From: Candidatus Eiseniibacteriota bacterium
GTDB taxonomy: Bacteria > Eisenbacteria > RBG-16-71-46 > DASYSL01
NCBI GenBank assembly: GCA_046598045.1
Contig: JBKJJJ010000207.1
Coordinates: 1-10,985, forward strand
DNA: 10,985 nt
Direction of reading: 5' to 3'
Under the pieces are notes generated by a model. That model was not told the DNA's origin. It saw only the letters and a program-made list of their open reading frames with translations, and made no database searches. The translations under genes and the position numbers were made by a program. Positions 5,971 to 10,985 of the stretch are shown here, in pieces. Numbering within the stretch: position 1 is the stretch's first letter; every line of letters starts with the position of its first letter.

Positions 5971-7002
5971 ATGTCTGATCGTTCGTTGCGTCGCCTGAGC
6001 CTCGTCGTGGCGGTCTTGCTGGGCCTCGCGGCCCTCGCCTTCGCCCTGCCGGGCATCGCGGGCCAGTACCCCCAGACCACGCTCGAGCCCAAGTCCAATC
6101 TCGCGGTCATGCAGGACGTCCTGCTCCGGAACATCGTGTTCTGGTGCGTGGTCATCTTCGTGCTGGTCGAGGGGGCGCTGGTCTTCACCGTCCTGCGCTT
6201 CCGGCGCCGGCCCGGCGGGCCGGCCCCCAGGCTGATCCACGGCAACACCACGCTCGAGATCACCTGGACGGTCGCCCCGGCGATCATCCTCGCGCTGATC
6301 GCGGTGCCGACCGTGAAGACCATCTTCAAGAGCGCCGCCCTGCCCGCGAACTCGCTCCAGGTCGAGGTCATCGGGCACCAGTGGTGGTGGGAGTTCCGCT
6401 ACCCGAAGTACGGCGTGATCACCGCCAACGAGCTGCACATCCCGGCCGGGACTCCGGTGACGTTCACGCTCACCTCGGTGGACGTGATCCACTCGTTCTG
6501 GGTGCCGGCGTTCGGCGGCAAGCGCGATGTGATCCCCGGCCGCACGAACCACCTCTGGTTCAGCGCCGACGCCACGGGCACGTTCCCGGGCCAGTGCACC
6601 GAGTTCTGCGGCGCCTCGCATGCGAACATGCTGTTCAAGGTCGTCTCGCAGCCCCAGGCCGAGTTCGACGCCTGGGTCGCCGAGCAGAAGGCCCCGGTGC
6701 CCGCCCCCGATTCGACCAGCCTGGCCGCGCGCGGCCTGGCGATCTACAGCAAGGGCATGTGCGTCGCCTGCCACATGATCGACGGCGTCTCGTACGGCGT
6801 GGTCGGCCCGAACCTGACCAAGGTCATGACCCGGACCACCATCGCCTCGGGCATCTATCCGAACGACCCCGAGCACCTCAAGGCATGGATCAAGGACGCA
6901 CCCTCGCTCAAGCCGGGGGCGATCATGATGAGCGGCAAGAAGATGAATCTTTCGGACGCCGACGTGGAGGCCCTGGTGGCCTTCCTCCAGACCCGTCGCT
7001 AG
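5971..7002 (+). CDS. coxB: Cytochrome c oxidase subunit II with fused C-terminal cytochrome c (caa3 type)
   Basis: IHGNTTLEITWT (K-channel Glu); GHQWWWEFRYP aromatic motif; CuA ligands VIHSFW and CTEFCGASHANM; C-terminal heme c motif CVACH with distal Met in KPGAIMM. AAGGA RBS. Confidence 0.97.
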   Translation: MSDRSLRRLSLVVAVLLGLAALAFALPGIAGQYPQTTLEPKSNLAVMQDVLLRNIVFWCVVIFVLVEGALVFTVLRFRRRPGGPAPRLIHGNTTLEITWTVAPAIILALIAVPTVKTIFKSAALPANSLQVEVIGHQWWWEFRYPKYGVITANELHIPAGTPVTFTLTSVDVIHSFWVPAFGGKRDVIPGRTNHLWFSADATGTFPGQCTEFCGASHANMLFKVVSQPQAEFDAWVAEQKAPVPAPDSTSLAARGLAIYSKGMCVACHMIDGVSYGVVGPNLTKVMTRTTIASGIYPNDPEHLKAWIKDAPSLKPGAIMMSGKKMNLSDADVEALVAFLQTRR

Positions 7003-7048
7003 GCCCGGCGCCGCGCGAGCGACCCAGAACCGGAATCGAGGATCACGC

Positions 7049-8863
7049 ATGGCAACCACCGCCGCCGCCGCCAGGGCCCACGCCGCCGAGCATTCGCAGA
7101 GCGGCCTGTGGTCGTGGATCACCACGGTCGATCACAAGCGGATCGCCATTCTCTACTTCGTGACGGCATTCTTCTTCTTCCTGGTCGGCGGAGTCGAGGC
7201 GTTCGTGATTCGCCTCCAGCTGGCGCACCCGGACGGGCACGTCGTGTCGGCGCAGATGTACAACTCGCTGTTCACGATGCACGCCACGACCATGATCTTC
7301 CTGGCGCTCATGCCGCTCTCGGTCGCGTTCTTCAACTTCGTGGTGCCGCTGCAGATCGGGGCGCGCGACGTCGCGTTCCCGCGCCTCAACGCGTTCTCGT
7401 ACTGGGTGTTCCTGTTCGCCGGCATCTTCATGAACATGAGCTTCTTCCTCGGCGGCGCCCCGGACGGCGGCTGGTACGGCTATGCCACGCTCACCGGCAA
7501 GGCGTTCTCGCCCGGGCACGCGATCGACTACTGGACGATCGGCCTCCAGGTGCTGGGCGTGGCCTCGCTCGCCGGCGCGTTCAACTTCATCACCACGATC
7601 ATCAACCTGCGCTGCCCGGGCATGTCGTTCATGCGCATGCCGGTGTTCACCTGGATGACGCTGGTGACCTCGTTCCTGATCATCCTCGCGTTCCCGGTGA
7701 TCACGGTCGCGCTGATCTACCTGATGTTCGACCGCTTCGCGGGCACGAACTTTTTCGTGGTCTCCGGGGGCGCCGACCCGGTGCTCTGGCAGCACCTGTT
7801 CTGGGTGTTCGGCCATCCCGAGGTCTACATCCTGATCCTGCCCGCGATGGGCATCATCTCCGAGGTGCTGCCCACGTTCTCGGGCAAGCCGCTGTTCGGC
7901 TACGCGTTCATCGTCTACTCGGGCATCTTCATCGGGTTCATGGGCTGGGGCGTGTGGAGCCACCACATGTTCACGGTCGGGCTCGGCCCGATCGCCGATT
8001 CGTTCTTCGCGCTCTCGACCATGCTGATCGCGATCCCGACGGGCGTGAAGATCTTCAACTGGATCGGCACGATGTGGGGCGGCTCGCTCAACCTCAAGAC
8101 CGCGATGTGGTTCGCGATCGGCTTCATCGCGATGTTCATCATCGGCGGCCTCTCGGGAATCATGCACAGCTCGCCGCCGGCGGACATGCAGCAGAATGAC
8201 ACCTACTTCGTGGTCGCGCATATCCACTACGTGCTGTTCGGCGGCACGATGCTCGGCGTCTTCGCCGGCATCTACTACTGGTTCCCGAAGGTCACCGGCC
8301 GCTACCTGAGCGAGGCGCTCGGCAAGGTGCACTTCTGGCTGACCATGATCGGCATGAACCTGACGTTCTTCCCGATGCACTTCTCGGGCCTGCTCGGCAT
8401 GCCGCGCCGGATCTACACGTACCAGGCCGGCCTCGGCCTCGAGCTCTACAACATGATGTCGACCGTCGGCGCGTTCGTGCTCGTGCTCTCCGTCCTGGTG
8501 TTCGTCCACAACTTCTTCCGCAGCCTGCGCAAGGGCGAAGTCGCGCCGATCAACCCGTGGAACGCCCCGACGTTGGAGTGGGCGATCCCGTCGCCGCCGC
8601 CCGAGTACAACTTCGCGAAGCTGCCGACCGTGCACAGCCTCGATCCGCTCTGGCACCAGGAGGGACCGAAGGGCCACAAGATCGACGTCAACGGCGACGG
8701 GCACGGCATCCACATGCCGAACCCCTCGTTCTGGCCCCTGCTCACCGCACTGGGCCTCATGCTCATGATGTCGGGCCTGATCTTCGGATGGTGGCTCGCG
8801 ATCCCTGGCTTCATCCTGTTCATGGTCAGCGCGTTCAGCTGGTCGTTCGAACCCGCTTCCTGA
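7049..8863 (+). CDS. ctaD: Cytochrome c oxidase subunit I, A1-type heme-copper oxidase, with two extra C-terminal helices
   Basis: Six His ligands present: TMHATT, FGHPEVY (A1 signature, GHPEVY at 7811-7828), WSHHMF, VAHIHY. D-channel GARDVAFPRLN, K-channel AIPTGVKIF, GMPRR. C-terminal IHMPNPSFWP plus two hydrophobic helices. GAGG RBS. Confidence 0.98.
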   Translation: MATTAAAARAHAAEHSQSGLWSWITTVDHKRIAILYFVTAFFFFLVGGVEAFVIRLQLAHPDGHVVSAQMYNSLFTMHATTMIFLALMPLSVAFFNFVVPLQIGARDVAFPRLNAFSYWVFLFAGIFMNMSFFLGGAPDGGWYGYATLTGKAFSPGHAIDYWTIGLQVLGVASLAGAFNFITTIINLRCPGMSFMRMPVFTWMTLVTSFLIILAFPVITVALIYLMFDRFAGTNFFVVSGGADPVLWQHLFWVFGHPEVYILILPAMGIISEVLPTFSGKPLFGYAFIVYSGIFIGFMGWGVWSHHMFTVGLGPIADSFFALSTMLIAIPTGVKIFNWIGTMWGGSLNLKTAMWFAIGFIAMFIIGGLSGIMHSSPPADMQQNDTYFVVAHIHYVLFGGTMLGVFAGIYYWFPKVTGRYLSEALGKVHFWLTMIGMNLTFFPMHFSGLLGMPRRIYTYQAGLGLELYNMMSTVGAFVLVLSVLVFVHNFFRSLRKGEVAPINPWNAPTLEWAIPSPPPEYNFAKLPTVHSLDPLWHQEGPKGHKIDVNGDGHGIHMPNPSFWPLLTALGLMLMMSGLIFGWWLAIPGFILFMVSAFSWSFEPAS

Positions 8864-8882
8864 GTCGAGAGAGGAGATCGTC

Positions 8883-9503
8883 TTGTCCGACGCCGCAGTC
8901 GCCGCCATGGGAGCCGTTCCGGCCGCCCACGACGATCATCACTACACGAGCACCGGCCAGAACAGCCGCAAGATCGTGTTCTGGACGTTCATCGGCTCGG
9001 AGTGCATGTTCTTCGGCTCGCTCATCGCCACCTACATGATCTACAAGGGCAAGAGCCTCGAAGGGCCGATGCCGCACGAGATCCTGAACATTCCGCTGAC
9101 CTCGTTCAGCGCATTCGACCTGCTCATGAGCTCGCTCACCATGGTGCTCGCGCTCGCCGGCATCCAGCAGGGCAACATGAACAAGGCGCGAATTTGGCTC
9201 GCCGCCACGGCCACGCTCGGCATGGTGTTCGTCGGGCTGCAGGCCTACGAGTTCACGCACTTCGTGCACGAGGGGCTCACGCTGCAGAAGAACCTGTTCG
9301 CCTGCACGTTCTACGTGCTGACGGGGTTCCACGGCACGCACGTGACGGTCGGTGTGATCTGGCTGTGGACGCTGTTCATCAGCACCTTCACCGGGCGGAT
9401 CGGCCCCAAGAACGACCTCGACGTGGAAATCTGTGGCCTGTACTGGCACTTCGTCGACGTCGTCTGGATCGCGATCTTCACCCTGATCTACCTGCTGCAG
9501 TAG
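8883..9503 (+). CDS. ctaE: Cytochrome c oxidase subunit III (short, about 5-TM form)
   Basis: FIGSECMFF, FYVLTGFHGTHV and GLYWHFVDVVW motifs. TTG start at 8883 with GAGGAG at 8871-8876; an alternative ATG at 8907 has no RBS. Confidence 0.95.
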   Translation: MSDAAVAAMGAVPAAHDDHHYTSTGQNSRKIVFWTFIGSECMFFGSLIATYMIYKGKSLEGPMPHEILNIPLTSFSAFDLLMSSLTMVLALAGIQQGNMNKARIWLAATATLGMVFVGLQAYEFTHFVHEGLTLQKNLFACTFYVLTGFHGTHVTVGVIWLWTLFISTFTGRIGPKNDLDVEICGLYWHFVDVVWIAIFTLIYLLQ

Positions 9504-9512
9504 GGGGCGCGC

Positions 9513-9848
9513 ATGAGCGACCACGGGACGCATTCGACATCCGGCGACACGCACGAGGCGCACGCGCACGCGCACCCGACGGCCAAGAAGTACCTCGGCA
9601 TCGCGATCATCCTCACGATCATCACCGTGATCGAGGTCGCGGTGTTCTATATCCCGACGATGCACCCGTTCCTGCCGCCGGTCCTGCTCTCGCTCTCCGC
9701 GCTCAAGTTCGCACTGGTGGCGATGTTCTACATGCACCTCAAGTTCGACCACCGGCTTTACTCCTGGGTGTTCATCGTGCCGATGTGCTTCGCCACCGCG
9801 ATCATCCTCGCGTTGATGGCGCTGTTCACCGCCTCCCACCGATCGTGA
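9513..9848 (+). CDS. ctaF: Cytochrome c oxidase subunit IV family protein (prokaryotic COX4, CtaF/CaaD-like)
   Basis: 111 aa, His-rich N-terminus, three hydrophobic segments, KFALVAMFYMHLKFD motif, and position directly after subunit III. Confidence 0.88.
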   Translation: MSDHGTHSTSGDTHEAHAHAHPTAKKYLGIAIILTIITVIEVAVFYIPTMHPFLPPVLLSLSALKFALVAMFYMHLKFDHRLYSWVFIVPMCFATAIILALMALFTASHRS

Positions 9849-10043
9849 GGTGAGGAGCACCTGAACGCCGGCTTCTTCGTTCACGAGCCTCCCGCGCCGC
9901 GCCATGTCCCCAGGGGACCGCGCGGCGCGCCCGCCTCGCCCAGCCATCCCGCGCACCCCACGGTCACGCCGGGCTCCTGGGACTGGTCGTTCATTCCCGG
10001 CACCAGGACGCAGGCCCCCGAGCTCGCCCCGTTCGATCCCCGC

Positions 10044-10895
10044 GTGTGGGAGAACCACGACAGTGTCCTGATCGGCACGGTCCTGCTCGCGGCGCTCTAC
10101 CTGTGGGCGGTCGGACCCCTGCGCAAGAAGCAGCGCTGGGCTCCGAAGTTCCCGGTCGGCCGCGCGGTCACCTTCTTCGCGGGCCTCACCGTGATGCTGC
10201 TCGCGCTCAACGGCCCGCTGCACGACCTCTCGGACTACTACCTGTTCAGCGTGCACATGGTGCAGCACCTGCTGCTGACGCAGGTCATGGCCCCGCTGCT
10301 CATCCTCGGGCTGCCGGCGTGGTTGGTGGGCGCGATCGTTTCGAAGCCGGGCATGGCGCGCGCGGCGAGGTTCTGGGGCAGCCCGCTGGTCGGGGGCGGG
10401 CTCTACATCACGAGCCTCGTGTTCTGGCACCTCATCCCGTTCTACGACCTGATGATGCGCAACCACAACATCCACATCGCGACCCACCTCATGTTCATGG
10501 TCACGGCGACGATGGCGTGGTGGCCGGTGTGCTGCGCGCTGCCCGAGGCCGGCCGCATCAAGGAGCCGGCGCAGATGCTCTACCTGTTCCTGATCGGCGT
10601 GCCGATGCAGACCGTGGCCGCCGTGATCACGCTGTCGGACCGCGTGCTCTATCCGTGGTACTCGACCGCGCCGCGGACCTGGGGCCTGACCGCGCTCGAC
10701 GACCAGCAGTGGGGCGGGCTCTTGATGTGGGTTCCGGGCGGGCTCGGGCTGTGGATCGCGATCACCGGCGTGTGGCTCCTGTGGGCGCGGCAGAACGAGC
10801 CGGGCCGGGGCCGCCGCCCGGGCGACATGTCGCCGGCGGGCGAGGCCGGCGGCGGCGAGGAGCCGCCGCTGACGTTGCCTGAGATCAGCGGGTAG
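10044..10895 (+). CDS. ctaG: Cytochrome c oxidase assembly factor CtaG (caa3-type CtaG family); true start probably upstream, possibly CTG at 9861
   Basis: GPLHDLSDYYLFSVHMVQHLLL, WHLIPFYD, HIATHLMF...AWWPV and ALDDQQWGGLLMWVPG are typical of Bacillus-type CtaG. The GTG at 10044 is the first canonical start codon but has no RBS, and the frame is open back to 9849. Confidence 0.9.
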   Translation: MWENHDSVLIGTVLLAALYLWAVGPLRKKQRWAPKFPVGRAVTFFAGLTVMLLALNGPLHDLSDYYLFSVHMVQHLLLTQVMAPLLILGLPAWLVGAIVSKPGMARAARFWGSPLVGGGLYITSLVFWHLIPFYDLMMRNHNIHIATHLMFMVTATMAWWPVCCALPEAGRIKEPAQMLYLFLIGVPMQTVAAVITLSDRVLYPWYSTAPRTWGLTALDDQQWGGLLMWVPGGLGLWIAITGVWLLWARQNEPGRGRRPGDMSPAGEAGGGEEPPLTLPEISG

Positions 10896-10904
10896 CGGAG
10901 CCGC

Positions 10905-10985
10905 TCACGTCGCGGGCTTGACCACCGGGGCCGGCAGGTCGAACGCGATCACCTGCGAGTCGAACGCGCAGGTCTTGTGCGTGCC
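10905..10985 (-). CDS. 3' end of a convergent gene entering from the right edge (unknown product)
   Basis: Minus strand from 10985 reads GTHKTCAFDSQVIAFDLPAPVVKPAT-TGA (stop 10907-10905), with G/C at the third position of every sense codon. It ends 9 nt from the ctaG stop. Too short to identify. Confidence 0.6.
   Translation of the reverse strand, partial: GTHKTCAFDSQVIAFDLPAPVVKPAT

Noticed and set aside
9846..9900. Selenocysteine recoding of the TGA between subunit IV and ctaG
   Set aside because: The TGA is at the normal C-terminus of subunit IV rather than at a catalytic Cys position, and the adjacent 5-bp hairpin does not resemble a bacterial SECIS.
9904..10071. ATG-started ORF in the subunit IV-ctaG gap
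   Set aside because: Out of frame with ctaG, no RBS, many A/T third positions, and stops shortly inside ctaG.
395..10882. Many long alternative-frame and antisense ORFs (e.g. 395-1519 -, 964-2136 -, 3518-5998 +, 5875-7125 -, 7043-8908 -, 8835-10487 -, 10046-10882 +)
   Set aside because: Arg/Gly/Pro/Ala-rich or antisense shadow frames expected from high GC3. Each overlaps a gene with clear family motifs and shows no motif of its own.
10894..10905. AGCGG-AG-CCGCT inverted repeat between ctaG and the convergent gene
   Set aside because: Only 5 bp with a 2-nt loop and no U-tract; too weak to call a terminator.

Overview
Very GC-rich bacterial DNA (about 70% by eye), gene-dense, with no mobile element, CRISPR array or RNA gene visible. 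Left to right: the 3' end of thyX; a GT9 heptosyltransferase-like gene; two tandem, gap-free 305-aa paralogous secreted proteins (minus strand, 999-bp period, about 75% identical by manual alignment), each with a Sec signal, an uncharacterised beta-rich passenger domain and a C-terminal FlgD-Ig/T9SS-CTD-like domain; an intrinsic terminator; a signal-peptide-bearing M3A (thimet-oligopeptidase-like) zinc peptidase; a divergent promoter region; an A1-type caa3 cytochrome c oxidase operon (subunit II with fused cytochrome c, subunits I, III, IV, CtaG assembly factor); and the 3' end of a convergent unknown gene. The gene content suggests an FCB-related lineage such as Ca. Eisenbacteria or a Gemmatimonadota relative (inference only). 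Most interesting: (i) the duplicated surface-protein pair, with clustered variable segments, a Cys pair present in only one copy, and a C9 tract in the signal-peptide codons of that copy; (ii) subunit IV and ctaG lie in one frame separated by a single TGA, and the 'intergenic' gap looks coding, which points to a CTG start or read-through; (iii) interlocked divergent promoters between the peptidase and the oxidase operon.
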